This document shows, piece by piece, positions 25,701 through 39,005 of a DNA stretch of 64,000 nucleotides. The notes under the pieces were generated by a model. It saw only the letters and a program-made list of their open reading frames with translations, did no database searches and was not told the origin of the DNA. Location of the stretch: positions 1,054,001-1,118,000 of the forward strand of contig JAYWIR010000041.1 in assembly GCA_036172245.1 (NCBI GenBank). Direction: 5' to 3'. Source of the stretch: Raillietiella orientalis (Eukaryota). Each line of letters opens with the position of its first letter. Position 1 is the first letter of the stretch. Made by a program: the position numbers and the translations under genes.

Positions 25701-28700
25701 TTGTCGAGGAATTAAGAAATGCTTTTCAGCCTCCGAACACCCTTAGAGGATGACGCCAGCCGCCTTCCGAAGAAAGTGCAACCTCCTAGACGCTGTTGCA
25801 GAAGGACCCAAAAAGAACCCGGATAATTCTTTTCATCCGTTTTTACGATGCTTGGAGATGTCCACAAATGCTGCCGTAATTCTTTGAACCGAAAGCAGTC
25901 TGGGAAGATGAGATTGTTGCGATAAGGGAAACAGAGACGGAATTCCCAGACGATGTTAGAGTTGAGAACCGTGGGAAGGGTCGCACGCTTCGAAGGGTTT
26001 GAAGGAACTTCCATCAGTGAACGCAAATGTTGTTCGGCCATCTCTGCTGGGCACCAGGGATGTAAGCATTCTGCAGCGGGGTGGCCTTCACGTCCCTCCA
26101 AGAGTTTCGACGTGCAGAACTGGCGAGTCAGAAAGAGAATTTCCAGCTTTCAAGGAGGAGCAGGAACTGAAGATGCACAGAAAGGAAACCCAAAACACTG
26201 CAGCCGGGCGCATGGTCCCATACGTGGTCGCGTCTGCGCTCTTGCCTTTGTTACTCGAGTACCAAAGTGCTTCCGGGAATCTTTCCTAGAAGTCGCGATC
26301 TGCAGGCTATCCAGCCTGAGACAGGACGGTTCGCCAGAACTGCTTTCGAAGATTCAGAGTGCGGCGCTCAAGTTATAACGAAGGCAATCAACTATGAAGA
26401 AATTCAACAAATTCTTCCGATCGTCTTCGGCCTTTGGACCTCAGCAAACTTCTTAAAATGTGCCTTTTATCCATACAGATCCTCCACAACCCGGACCAAA
26501 ATGCAACCATTCTTCCCACTTCTACTGCCATTTTAGTCCTCCATTTTCGATGGTTATCCCTTCAGATAGTCTCCGCACTAACGGACATAGGTTTGGAACT
26601 GCAGACTCTCGATGACTGGGACAAAACGAAATGCTCAGTCCGAGTTCTGCGACCAGTTTCCCCTTCATCACCTTCCTCCAGATTTCGTCGAAGGGCACAC
26701 CTCCAGGCCCGTCGTTTCTCCTATAAACCGGATGTTCGTAGCCTGGCGGAATTCAAAGCTGGAACTGAGAGGCAAGCCTGGCAATCGGGGTCTGCCAGCT
26801 TACTGGACGAAGACGGCCAGGAGCACTCAACCCCAGTGCAGGTTTGCCGCATCTTGCGGGATTTCTACTCCTACTTTACGCGAGAAAAACACCGGAGCGC
26901 GACTTTGCGCAACGCCTGCTGCCAGAGTTCTCCCCCACGTTGAGGAGGAAGAACACCACAGATTACATCAGGAGTTCACGATGGCGGAAATTATCTCCGC
27001 CGTCTTGAAATTAGAAAAACAGAAAGCACCAGGGGAAGACGGCTTGCCTGCGGAGTTCTATCAATGCTTCGAGGCAGAGCTCGCCCCCTTGGTGCACAAA
27101 CTATGCCTGCTGATCCGTGAACATGGAGACGCCCCCAACTCTTTCTGGTCAGCTAGGGTACGTCTCATCTCCAAGGGAGGAGATTTGCGCAACGTAGGCA
27201 ACTGGAGACCCATCACAATAGTGAATGCAGATGCGAAGTTGCTTGCCAAACTCTGGCTGGGCTGAGCGACTGGGACGGGTAGCGAAAACCGTGGTCAGTC
27301 CGGAACAGACTTACACTGTTCCCGGGCGAACCATGGAAGCCAACCTGTTCCTCGCCAGCACCTGGTGGCAGTTGCAACAACGCGACGCGCAGCTATGTCA
27401 GGAGAGTCCTGGACTTTCAACTGACCAGAGGGAGGGAAGGCCTAGGGGAAGAAGTGGCGTCCGGAACCCTTGCAGTCGCAGTCGATTTGCATAAAGCTTT
27501 CGACTGCGTCGACCAGGAGCTTCTTCTGGAGCTCTTGGGACGCATGGGATTTCCGGCCGTCTTCCTGGCCTACCTCCGTTCCTGCTGGCGCTTCGCGTTT
27601 ATATATATTAATTTCAGCGGCCGACACGTGTACGGCGTGCCGGTTAGAAGTGGCATAAGACAGGATGACAGCCTTAGCCCCCTGCTCTTTAGCATCTATT
27701 TCGAGTTGGTGCTAAGAGCATACAGGGAGACTTTGGCAACCCTGCCGAGCTTGTGTCTCGGCACGGCCACCGTGTCGGCCTACGCAGACGATCTTTTGCT
27801 GCTGCTCTCTAAATCCACCCAGGTTTCCACTCTCGAGGAGTTCTTCGAGTTGCTACGCCGCGGGACGGGCCTGGAGGTGAACAAGGCAAAGTCGTCGATC
27901 ATTCAAATCGGCTCGGCGAGGGCTGGATGGCCAGACTGGATCCGCCTGGAGATCCCCACGGGCGGGTGCTGTAAGTACCTGGGCGTTCCGTTGGGGGACT
28001 TCTGAGCTGCAGAAGCCTGGTCCGACCGTCTCCAAAAGGTGGAGTTGGCGATCGGCCCGTTCCAGGACGGCAAGTTTTACTTGCAGGAACGAGCTGCAGT
28101 GTGGAATGCTTTTGCAGCCCCTCTCCTTCGCCCCCTAGTTTTGGTTTTCCCCGCCCCACCCCAAATCAGGACAAGGACAAGGGGCCTCCTCAGGAAAGCC
28201 TTGTGGGGCACTCAGAGGTCCCGCGTCCGTCTTAAAGACATGTGCGCTCCACGCAGGGACGGTGGACTCGGTCTCCTGACGTTCGAGCGCATGGAGCGAC
28301 AGCTCCAAATCCGCAAACTCGCCCTGGTGGCGAGATATTGGACAGCGCCATGGTGTGCGCCCACACGACTCCTCGCCTATATCGGCTGCTACGGATTGAC
28401 CACGATCCTAGTAGCTAACGACCACAGTCTGAACCATTGTGGGTTTCAGCTGCGAGACTTGGTTGCCCTGATGAGGGAAAACCTGTGGATTTCCTGCGTC
28501 CCCGCGAACTGGACTACCTGGCTTCAAGAGTCCGTTTCCGCGTGGGCAAAGATCAACGGATCCAGAGATGGGGACTCGTCGAGGCAGGTACGCTGGCCAG
28601 CCCTGCGTGAGAGCTTTTCCAGCCCACGGAAACTTCTCTGGGCTTCCTTCACCCCTCTTGCCACCGTGCTGCCCTCCCTGAGAGACGCTAGGGACAGCCA

Positions 28701-29617
28701 AGAGGAGGCATCGTGGGAAGTTTCCTGCCTCATCGGAGGCAGGAAAAAACCCTTGAAGGCGTGGACATCTCGGGAATTAGCGGACTCTGCAACCCCGAGT
28801 GTCCCGCCTAATGCACTTGTGCGCTGGGGCGTGCTGCTCGGAATACCTCCGGAAGAGGTGAAGTGGCCCCAAAGCATTGGGACAACGAGACCCTCCCTTT
28901 GGATTGTCAGGAGACGGCGCTGCTAGTGCTCCATTGGGGACTCCTTTGCATAGCACGCCTCTCTCACTGGACATCAGGGATTGTGGATGCCAGTTGTGCA
29001 AGGTGAGGGGAACGGGAAACCTTCCCCACCTCCTCATCGAGTGTGTCGCCCTCCGCCCCATGGGGGATCGACTCTCGCCGATTCTGAACATTCTGGTGGG
29101 CGACCCACAAGACATTTTCCGTCGCCTCCTGATGCGGGACGCCCTGTCAGCAGCCGCGTGTGTTGCAGTGCTTTGCTGCATACGCGAAATCCTGGAGAAG
29201 TGGACTGCGTCGAGGAGAGGGCACCGAAGCCGGGATGCAATTCATTGGGCAGTCATCTCCATGGAGAGCGCTTCCCGATGGCGCCGGTTGAGCAAAATTT
29301 TACCGGCACTTGTCCGCATCCAAAACTGGATGCAGTGGCCTTCTCGTGGCGTGATCCCTTCCCTTCCCTCCCCTCCCCATAAAACTTTGTCCTTCCCTGT
29401 GTTTGTTCTCTGTTTTTTGTTCTTTTTTTTCTGGTTTTCCTGTCCCCTTTGCCAGTGTAGAGGATCTCACCGGCCTGCGGATCGGTAAGGACAAGTGCAA
29501 CAAGAGAGTCAGAACCATGTGTTCTGACTGAAAAAACTACAAAAAAGACCAGACTTTCTTATAAAGTTTTATTCTAAAATTTTAATAATAAAAGCCCCAG
29601 CTTATCCGGGTGAAAAA
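22800..29617 (+). mobile_element. Near full-length inactivated L1/Tx1-clade non-LTR retrotransposon
   Basis: GC-rich ORF1 remnant, EN remnant ('RERIDF' ~25430), RT and C-terminal 'CQLC...HLLIEC' (28988-29045), then a T-rich 3' UTR ending CCGGGTG-A5. 5' boundary approximate. Confidence 0.9.
26945..28005 (+). pseudogene. Reverse transcriptase domain of ORF2, frameshifted
   Basis: KAPGEDGLPAEFY, WRPITIVNADAKLLAK, QTYTVPGR, AVDLHKAFDCV, GIRQDDSLSPLLF, YADD, GLEVNKAKS and KYLG are spread over several frames. Confidence 0.95.
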
Positions 29618-29649
29618 CTAACGGACATTTGCTCTACCCGTAGCAACTT

Positions 29650-31900
29650 CATCATCATCCAGCCCCCATATCACCGACGGCACTCCCGCTGACTCCTAAA
29701 ACCCTGGTGCCTTTTCGAGTACTTGACCAGTCGGTGGGGAGACGTGTGGAACAGAATGATTCTGCAGCATGGCGATTTCACGTTCTCTTCCTTTCTTAGC
29801 GTTTTTGCTGAGTTCAGATGAACATCCAGACAGGAAGGTGCGCAGCGGGCTCCTGACATCGGCGTGCACAGCTTGCGAGGGGACAGAACGGTTTCTGGAG
29901 GCTCGAAGAAGTCCTTGGGGAAAGCAAGAAGAAATGCAGGTAACACTTAGGATGAGACTTCTCCTTGACACTTTGGAGAGCTTGGCAGCACTGCAAGGCG
30001 TACACATAGGTGCCTGAGGTCAGGGTGGAAATCGGAATTACCTGGCCAGCAACTTGCTCTTTGTCCTCGAAAGGAACGAGCTCAGTCTCCCTCAGCAGCG
30101 GCTTCCGATGAGAAACAAAGTGGCTGCGGACCTCCAGTCCAACAGACTGGTTCCTAAGATCCAGCCATGGTGTTCGGAGGTCGCAAGGGAAGAACTCGGG
30201 ACCTCCTCGACAAGTGGGAATCTGGAGAAACGCAAGAGCTGTCCCAGGGTCCATCAGGAAAGCTCCTGTGGCATTCACTCTTATTCCTGAAGAGGATCCT
30301 CGTAGCCCCTTAGAGGGATGTGCAGCTACCTTCAGAAGCTCTACTCCAGCTGGACCACCACTGCAGGATCGCTCCCCCACTAGCGCGCTGGGGATGTGGG
30401 TGAGGAGATCCAAGGATCGAAACGCCGAATTCTTTCTGCAGAGGTTCCTCTCGTGGGCTTCCCTCGTGCTCCAATTCCCTTCCGTTCCCACCGTACAGCA
30501 GCAGCGCCCTTCAAGGAGAGGGCGTGGAGGGGAAGATGAAGACTGAGACTCTCACTGGAGCACTGGAGATCCCTCTCCGGAGGGAGGTCGGGAGAGGACA
30601 GAGGAACAAGAGGGATTGGAACGAGGGGAAAGAGGAGCGCACCGCGGAGCGCTCCGCCTCGCAGCGCGTACTCGGGTACGCCTGGCCCGACTGCCCACCC
30701 CGCAGCCGAGCTCTCGAACCTTCCCGGATAGAGGGAGGAAGGGGATCCTTGACGCGAGTCCCCTCGTTCCGAGGGGCATCACGTAGGCGGGCGGGACCGT
30801 CCGGGAAGATGGATCGTCGTGGGACGTGACCGGGCGCCGCATCGATCCGGGACGCCTTCTTCCCCACGCGCGCGCGGGTGCGGGCTCCAGGGATGACGTG
30901 CCGCGGTTCCACGCTCCGGCGGCGACCCTCCGCGGCTGACCGCGCTAGGCGGGCGCCTGGCGGGAAGGGCGCGGCGCGTCCCCCCCTTCACCGCCGCGGC
31001 TGCAGATGAGATCTTTGTTTATGGACCCTTGCCGCGCGCCCCGCTGACATCCCGGAATGACAAACGGCGCCAGCCGTGGAGGGGTACGCGCGCGGTTTCC
31101 CTCTCCCCCCTCGCCCCTTCCTCTGGAGGGGGGCGACGGCGGCGATTCGGATGCGGAGTGGTCGAGCGCCGCGCCTTCGGTCCTTCTCCGGCTTCCTTAC
31201 CACGACCTCGGTTTGTAGCCGTACCCTGGCGAAGCTCCCTCGGGCTCGTCCCACCGCGCCTCCGGTCCAGCAGAGCACCCGTCCAGCTTGCCTGCAACCC
31301 ACCTCGTGCGACACCAGGAACGGTCAGGCCGAAGGTTCCTTTCGTCCACCTTCCAGGACTCTCTCACGCTCCTCTTTCTTGTCGGAAACATAATAAAAAG
31401 GGAGGAAACAATTCCAGTCCACCCAGTTAACACTTTCCCGGGAAGAACACGCCACGCTTGAAGGCCTCTCCTCGAACAGTTTCCACCGCAACGAGCACTG
31501 CCCTGAGATGCCGGATTCGTGGCGTTGAATCGCCACAGCGGCGATCCATCCTGGCCTAGAGCGGCGATCTTCATCCGATTTCGGGATGCACGCTTTCCCA
31601 CGGGGGGGAGATGGGAAGTGGACGGCCATGTGGAGAGAAGTGGAGGGGGAGGGGCCACTTGCGCTTCTTCGGCATCTTCATGCAAGTTTGCAGCAAAGGA
31701 CCGCCCCGGCAGATCAGCGGAGAGGTTCCTCTGGAGAAAACGAAAGCTTCTTGCGGGGAGAGCTGCTGCTGGGGTTCCGCACCAAGCCCTTCATGGGGAG
31801 GAGCTGAAAGCTTCCCAGCACCCAGGAGCACCTTCCGTAAGACACCAGATCCGACTACGTCTTTCCTTTAGCTGAGGCTGAATGAAGACCGCGCTGAGGC
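29650..31900. mobile_element. Probable further ORF1/5' remnant of the same retrotransposon class
   Basis: Very GC-rich low-complexity tract like those at 600-2300 and 22800-24000. No diagnostic motif securely read. Confidence 0.3.
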
Positions 31901-34900
31901 GACACCTGGACCCCCATGGAAGAGATGAATGCTGGAGGTCGGCTAGGGATCGCAAGCGAGATGGAGCCCGGATGCACGACAAGGATCCGACATCCACCCT
32001 CTCTGGGATGCCAGCGCCGTATTTTTGGAACGACGCTGCCACGCACCGCGTGTTGGGGTGATGCACCGGTGAATCAGGGCACCCAGGAAGAGGCCCTTCC
32101 AGTTTATTTCCAACGGCAACGAGAAAAAGAGAAGAAGAAAAAAAGAAAGAAAGAAAGAAACTGCTCAATGTGGCAAAAGCGAATTGCTTAAAATAGATTT
32201 ATCAGGTCACACATCTCCAAAGCTCCAGAGCATATCGTGCGGATCAGTGCTTCACGTGTGCGACAGTTTCGAAAAAGCGGAAATGAGCTTAAAAAAATAA
32301 ATGGTAAGTAAATGGTAATTTCCTTTAAAAAAACAAAAACAAAAAACAGTAGCAGGAGGAAGAAGGATCCCTTCCCATCGACCACCACAAAGAATGATCG
32401 GAGTTCGCTTCGCTGAAACAGGGGAGAGAGAGAGAGAGAGAGAGAAAAGAGATGCAAATGAGAAGAATCAAGTGCCAGTTTCATCTTATAAAGCTCCGCC
32501 GCGCTATTCTTTTGCTCTGAAAATTGTTTCTCGTCTGGACAGCTTTGAAACGATGGCGTCTCTTGGTGGTGAATGCAGGCTTGCCAACAACCCACGCTCA
32601 CATACGGCTCGTGGCAATGCGCAACGGGGTCGCAAATCTTCGTGGTGGTTTTTTTTTTTTGGAGGATTAAGCGGGAGAAAATCTGGAAAAGAACAACCGT
32701 GAAGATTGGAAGTGTTTACTTTGGAAGGGACGTTTAATCATCCCTTCGCTTACCATCTCTGAATTCATTCGCAGCGCTCTCGTCCATAGGCAGAGGATAC
32801 GAGGAAGAGATAGGGAGAGGTGGAAGTGGACGGAAAATCCCTCCTGATTCTGCATGTGCCCGTGTTCTCTCCGGAATGAGAGAGACACCCCGGTTGGCAA
32901 ACTCCTTGAAACCGAATACGATGGGTGAGGGCATAAAACGCGATAGCATGGTGAAACGAAAGTCCACGAGCGCAGTGGACAAATCCCTATTAAAACTGAT
33001 GCAACTGAAGAGAGGAAACTTTCATGAAGATTAATTACCTTTTTCTTTCATTCTTTCTTTCCTGAAGGGAAGAGGAGGTGGAGAAATTTGGATCATCAGA
33101 AAAGCGTCTTTCAATTACGAGAGAAAATGAGTGGCGGTCTTTAGATTGTTCTTAAAAATTGCATGCCTTTGGCTAATCCCTGAATTTCTTTCTTCTTCTT
33201 CTTCTTCTTCATGCTTGTGAAGCGAATAAATGAATAGTTAATGGCAGCAATTCTTTATCTGCTCAAATTGATTCCACGACAGAGTTGGTTTCGCGGCAGC
33301 CTTGCATAAATGCCTCGAATTCCTCCTCTCCGTGTGCTTTTCAACACCCTCCGTCCGCCATGCGTGCCGGAAGATGTACGCATCCACTTTCCCGTTTCCT
33401 TCTTCATCCCAACTTCTCGGATCGTAACTCTTCGATTTTCCGAAATTTAATGAACCTCCTTTGCCTGTGATCTTCAATCCGCGAGAAAATCCGCGTCCAG
33501 CAGTGCGGCTTTACGCCTTTTCCCTTCCAAACCATTCTGCCCGTTTACGCTGCACATGATTTTCATTTGCGAAACCATGGAGACCAATCGCCCCTCTGAT
33601 GGGAGGGAATCTGAGAGCTATCGGAGCCCACGTTCCACACACAGGAAACCCGGAGCTGCTATTGCCTTCGTGAATCCGTGTTAATTATTTATGAAGATGC
33701 GATGTGATGCTGAGACTCGCGGTTCCAATTGGTGCCATAATTCGTTGGGACCACGTTCAACCAGCCACTCCACTGCAGCAATCATTTCCAATCATCTTTT
33801 TTTCCTTGGTGGTTCCGAGAAGACTTTCGAAATCCGACATTCATTCCCTTTGATCCAACACGGCATTCTTCGCATTGTATTTTGTTTTTCCTTTTTGGCA
33901 TTTAGAATCGACATCGTTTCATCGGGGGACGTCTCCGGAAGTAGGGTGACCAAAGGGCACCCTGGCGGGATTATTTGCGAGGACCTTTAAACAAACTTCC
34001 GATTTGATCCGATGCAGCCTCAAAATCGCCGCAGCACCTGGCCCGTTCTTCGGAAATCGATTGGAAACGAACTGAAAAAAACTTCAAGCAATGAAAACTT
34101 AGCACAACAGCTGTCACACATTGCAATCTGGCAGTAACGAAGGTCACCAGGGTACGCACTCTTCTAAAGACACGGATAACTTTGGATCTCACATCCACAC
34201 AAAAAAAAATCCACTTCGTCGAAGGACGTTTGTTCCAACCCAGTGGAACACGTTTCTTCTCCTTTTGATGAAACGAGATCCGAGGTGTCTTTCCTCTTAC
34301 CTTACTGAGCAGTGGCGGCGGTTTGGGAGCGGCTTCCGTTACGCAAGCCGTTGAGATGGGTGCAGCCGCAAAGCTGGCAGAGGAAGAAGCAACACGCTGG
34401 TGCTACTCTGGATTGCAAGCCATCCCGGACACGCGGAGTGCGTGCAACCCATTGCTCCTGGAGCACGTGCGAGACGTGCAAGCGCGTTGGCAAATCCCGG
34501 ATTTGTTTCCCTCGGAAGGCCGGAGGAATCGCCGAAGATTTCTCGTCCGGATGGCGGGCGAATCCAACAGGAGCAATCTTTCAAGAGATGAGTCGGTTTC
34601 TGGGGAGAGACGCACAAGAAAGGCAAATGGTGTGCTTACCGAGCGTTTATTGGGAAATATGACAGGATGTTGCCGAATAAACACGGGAGACCCACGTGAA
34701 TTACGTAATCTTTCCGTTAAGTACTTCAGCCTCCTGCATAATGGGATGGCAACTGGAATTCTCAACTATCCACGAAGAAGTCTGCGCCATTTTCCGAACT
34801 GTCGGCATCCCAAATGGATGCTCATTTGTGTGCAGTTTGCCACGAAACTACCATGGCTTTCACAAGTACCGTATAAACTTACTCTGTAAAAATTTATAGT

Positions 34901-37900
34901 CAAATTACGTCTGCCACGCATATCCAAAGTTCTGCTTAGATTCCTGACGCTTGTAATTACTGCGCAGGAAATCCTCGTAAATGTTGCGATTTATTAAATA
35001 CAAATGTCATAGGAGGAGCACTCCTTTCCGAACGCAAGGAGCGTTTTTCCCTGCTTTCCTCGATACGCAGGAAATCGACCCACTAAACTCATGCTCATTA
35101 GAATCTCGAAATTTCTCTTCCAGCTTCCTGGAGCTTTTTTCCCTTGCTTTCCTCGTGTTGGGCACATTTCCGCTTTCCTGAAACAAGGGAGGAGCAGCCC
35201 TACGAACTTTGCCCTGGTTGCAAGAAGATCAAAGAACCAGACCAGCACCCGGAAGGTGTCCTTTTCCTCAAAAACAAGGGGATCATCACCCTTTGTTTTT
35301 GAGGATGCGCTTCAAGAAAACTCTCATTTGATTTCCTCGAATTGGAAACGAATTTGCCAGAATTTGCGCTCTGAAAAATGCATGTTCACACCCTTAGTTG
35401 ATTCCTTCGGGAAACGGAACAAGAAATGATTTAGCTCCAGTCAACTCAACCGTCTGCACCAAAACTTCGTTCTTGCAGCCAATCCATTTTGCTATTGGAA
35501 TTCTCCAGTCAAGAGGAAGCGATGGATATTTTTTTTTGAAAAAGAAATGCTATCGAGCAATTCATCCATGTTGCCGCGTCATTAGCTTTTGAGGGTTGTA
35601 AATATGACGCAGGGATTACTGGGGAGGGAGGGAGGGAGGGATGTAAATTGGTGATGCATGAAGTGTAAATGCCAACATGAATTCGATCATGCCGGCAACG
35701 ACCACGGCGATGAAATCATCAAGGATGCTTCCTTCTTCTGCCTTTCCTGTTCAACAGTCTTAATTGCATGCAAAAAAAAATAATGAACTTACCAGCAACC
35801 ACGCATGGGTCTCGCTGGCAACTTGGAATTATGGATAGCTTTCAGGCTAGATGCAGAGGATGATGGTCTTTCCTACACTGTGTACCCACTGCTCGTTGAT
35901 GACCATGGAACCTGCCGACGTTATCAGTGTCGCTGTTCTGTCATTTGACAATCCAGTCTTGTACAACACTGCATTGAGGGATGATGGGCTTGGGAGCATT
36001 GGTATTTGCAGATGATTCTACGCAAGAATCTCTTCCTCGTAAATCGGTTAACTGAGGGACAGCACACCACCGACTTTTCAGCGGATCCAACCTCGGATCA
36101 GCTTAAGGCACCGTCGCGAAGATCACCAGACTTCCTCAGGGTACGGTACAACTCTGACGTGATGTTTTCGCTCCATCTGGTGTGCACACCTTGAAACCAT
36201 CCCAAACCCCTCGTGAGTTTTCATGATGTCCGCTGACGAAGAACCCACAAACTTAAGCCGATACTCTCCAGTAGTTTGCCCTCCGGCTCTTGATAGATTA
36301 CGGTCCCCGATCAAGGACTCATTTTCTCAAATCCGGTTTCAGAGTTACGCGCTTTGCTTTTATTCACGTGAATCCCCGACCAGCTTTTACTACGTTGTTA
36401 TTTTACGCAAAAATTCAACACATCGGCAGGACTCTCGTCGCCAGCGGCAAAACACTCGCTGGCAGTCTGAGCACGAATCCAACGTGGTGTCCGCCTTGGG
36501 GCAGGCACGCTTCGCTGGAACACACATTATCCACAACTGCGAAAATCTCGCTGCCGTCAGGAAAGGCGAGGGAGGAGAGTTTGTACAATCCAGCACTCCG
36601 AAATCATCTCCCAGGAAAAAGAGGGAGGACCGCCATCAGGGGACGTGTCCCAACCGACTCTGGCGCATATTTCGCTAGGGGACTTCCGGAAGTTCTTCGG
36701 CAATGCCAACTTGCCGAAGAACTTCCAGGGTTCCTACCCTGGGGTAGGGGGACGGAGTAAATTAGCATCCGATCAATTGCGGAAACAACGGGATCCTACT
36801 TGTACGACCTGCCAATTCATCCCCAAAGTCCGAACAGAACAGGCAGAAAGTTCCTCTCAACAACACGCATGCAGGCCATCGGCAGCCGACGGAGCGCATC
36901 CTCCTTTCCGCTACACGCGTGGCCAACCCATCATCGGATGCACACAAATCCTCCATCACAGACCACCACGCTACTTTTGAAATCCTTGGTGGTGAGCCGT
37001 GCGCTCCTCTTAAGATCTTTCATCAGAGATACAATCTCCAAGGAGTCCGTCTCCACTTCGTCGCCTGCCACACGTTTCGGATGGGCATCAAAATCTTTGT
37101 CTGCTTCAACATCTATTAACGTGGAACCTCCCCACTTCAATTCAGCGACGTCGCTCCAAGTAGAAGCTCATTATAGCAACGAGCCACTATAATCTCCTTC
37201 GTCTTCTTGAAAATGAAAACTAATGATCTGTTATTTAATGATATTTCTTATCTCCGCACTCTCACTTGTGTGTATCCACTCTGTTTCTGTGGACCACTGG
37301 GAGTGAAGTGAACCGTAGCCAGGTTTGGGCGCACACATTTATGCCGTATTGTGAATTCAGCAAATTGTTCTCGGCGTAAGCAGCATCCATTTGGTTTGAT
37401 GATGCCAATCACAGATTTCAATCAAAAGGGAGGCATTCTCGCGATTACGACAAGCAGTTGGTAGCAGGAACTCTGAGGGATGCGTCTCTCCGACTGCGAT
37501 GGCAGCGGTCTCCCCGCCAGGTTACACTTGGTAAACTAATTCTTTCCCTTCGCTGGATCACATGAATTCCCAACATATGCGCTCGCTTTGCCACCTTCAT
37601 GCTCAAACAAAGGTTTAAGGAACTTTGAGAAAACTTTTTCAACTTGCTTTCTGCAAAGCCACTCCTTTCCATTTGCTTATAGCCGTTGTGTTCACGGCTT
37701 CAACATGCGTTTCGGTGAACCCGGCTTTGCAAAAACTCTCCAAGGATCAGCAAAGCCAGCTTCTGCACCTACTATCATCACAATAGATCGTGGAGAGTTC
37801 CCTTACCGTTTTCCTTTGACAAGTTTCTAAGTGCTAAAGTTCAGCAGGGCAGCGCTCTCGGCATTATCTCCTTCCATTGAAAACATTGAAAGTTCGATCA

Positions 37901-38819
37901 CGGTTTCCACTACACATAAAAGAAAATTTCCACAAGGCTATCTAGGCGACTTACACGAGAAATGCCAAGATCAAAAGTTGTGGATTATTTCACATTTCTT
38001 CGCATGCATGCATGTTTACTAACGTATCCCGGCGACATTTGCTTAGCAGACAATTTTACAATTTAAAATTTGGCAACCCTGTAATAATTTCCCGCCAGGG
38101 GAGACTGATGAATGTTAAAAGGGGCCAAAACTCCGAATTTTTACCGTGAATGTCGACTTTTGCCGTTTTGAGGAGCCGGAGCATTAAGAAATCAGATGCC
38201 TCTTTCGAGGGGAAAGACTGCAGGGTTTCAGCTTTCAAGGTTTTTGTTGAAACGGAGCAGATACCGGAAAAGGAGAAGAATGGACTCCGTCCGGGCCTCC
38301 GTGTGCTTCGAGAACACGAACCACCTTTGCGCAACGTGTATTTCATCAACATGGGAAGATGGCTAAGTGGTGGGCACCATTACGTCAGAATGCTTTAAAA
38401 AGACATCTGCAACATTGCGGACCGTCATGCTAATGGGCTGTAACACCATGAAATACGCTTCACCCCCAGAAGAACGTCAACTCTGCAGCCTGAAAAGTGG
38501 TCCCAGCAGTCCTGAAAGAGATCTCGAGGAGGCAAAGGAATTCTTCGCAACGACCTTCCTTCGAATGCATGATACGAACGTAATGAATGTACTTAAACAG
38601 ATAAACATCTCGAAAATGTTACAAATCGATTCATGAAATTCCAGGATGTCCACGTCCTCCGATGTGCGAATCCAGGAGCTTCCAGACGCGCGCGCGGTTT
38701 TGAACGGAAACCTACAATAAATGGGGGTGTGACTTATAGGCACCCGTAGGCCGTGTCGCCGATGTGTGTTATGTATGAAACCGTACAAAACGTACTTGGT
38801 CAAATGGTATGGAAAAACT

Positions 38820-38825
38820 TTTATT
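38820..38825 (-). promoter_or_regulatory. Candidate polyadenylation signal of plexin gene
   Basis: AATAAA on the minus strand about 70 nt after the plexin stop codon. Confidence 0.35.
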
Positions 38826-38897
38826 GAGCATATCACAGACTGAGTTTGGCATGGTTGCGACAAACGTGGATGAGGCCCCAAACTGGCCGGCTCTTGA

Positions 38898-39005
38898 CTA
38901 GCAAACCACAGATTCTTGTCCTCGAAGGGTACAGGCGATGCTCTGCAGCTTGTGGTGAAAGTGTTGTCGGCGACAAATACTGTCAGAATTCAGCTCCTTC
39001 AGAAT
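38898..39005 (-). CDS. PlexB: Plexin last coding exon
   Basis: tttcag|[35 protein letters not shown]; phase 0; resembles the PlexB C-terminus. Absent from the ORF track. Confidence 0.9.
   Translation of the reverse strand: MLKELNSDSICRRQHFHHKLQSIACTLRGQESVVC

Noticed and set aside
34323..34889. 188-aa plus-strand ORF
   Set aside because: No recognisable domain or splice context; compatible with chance at this GC content.
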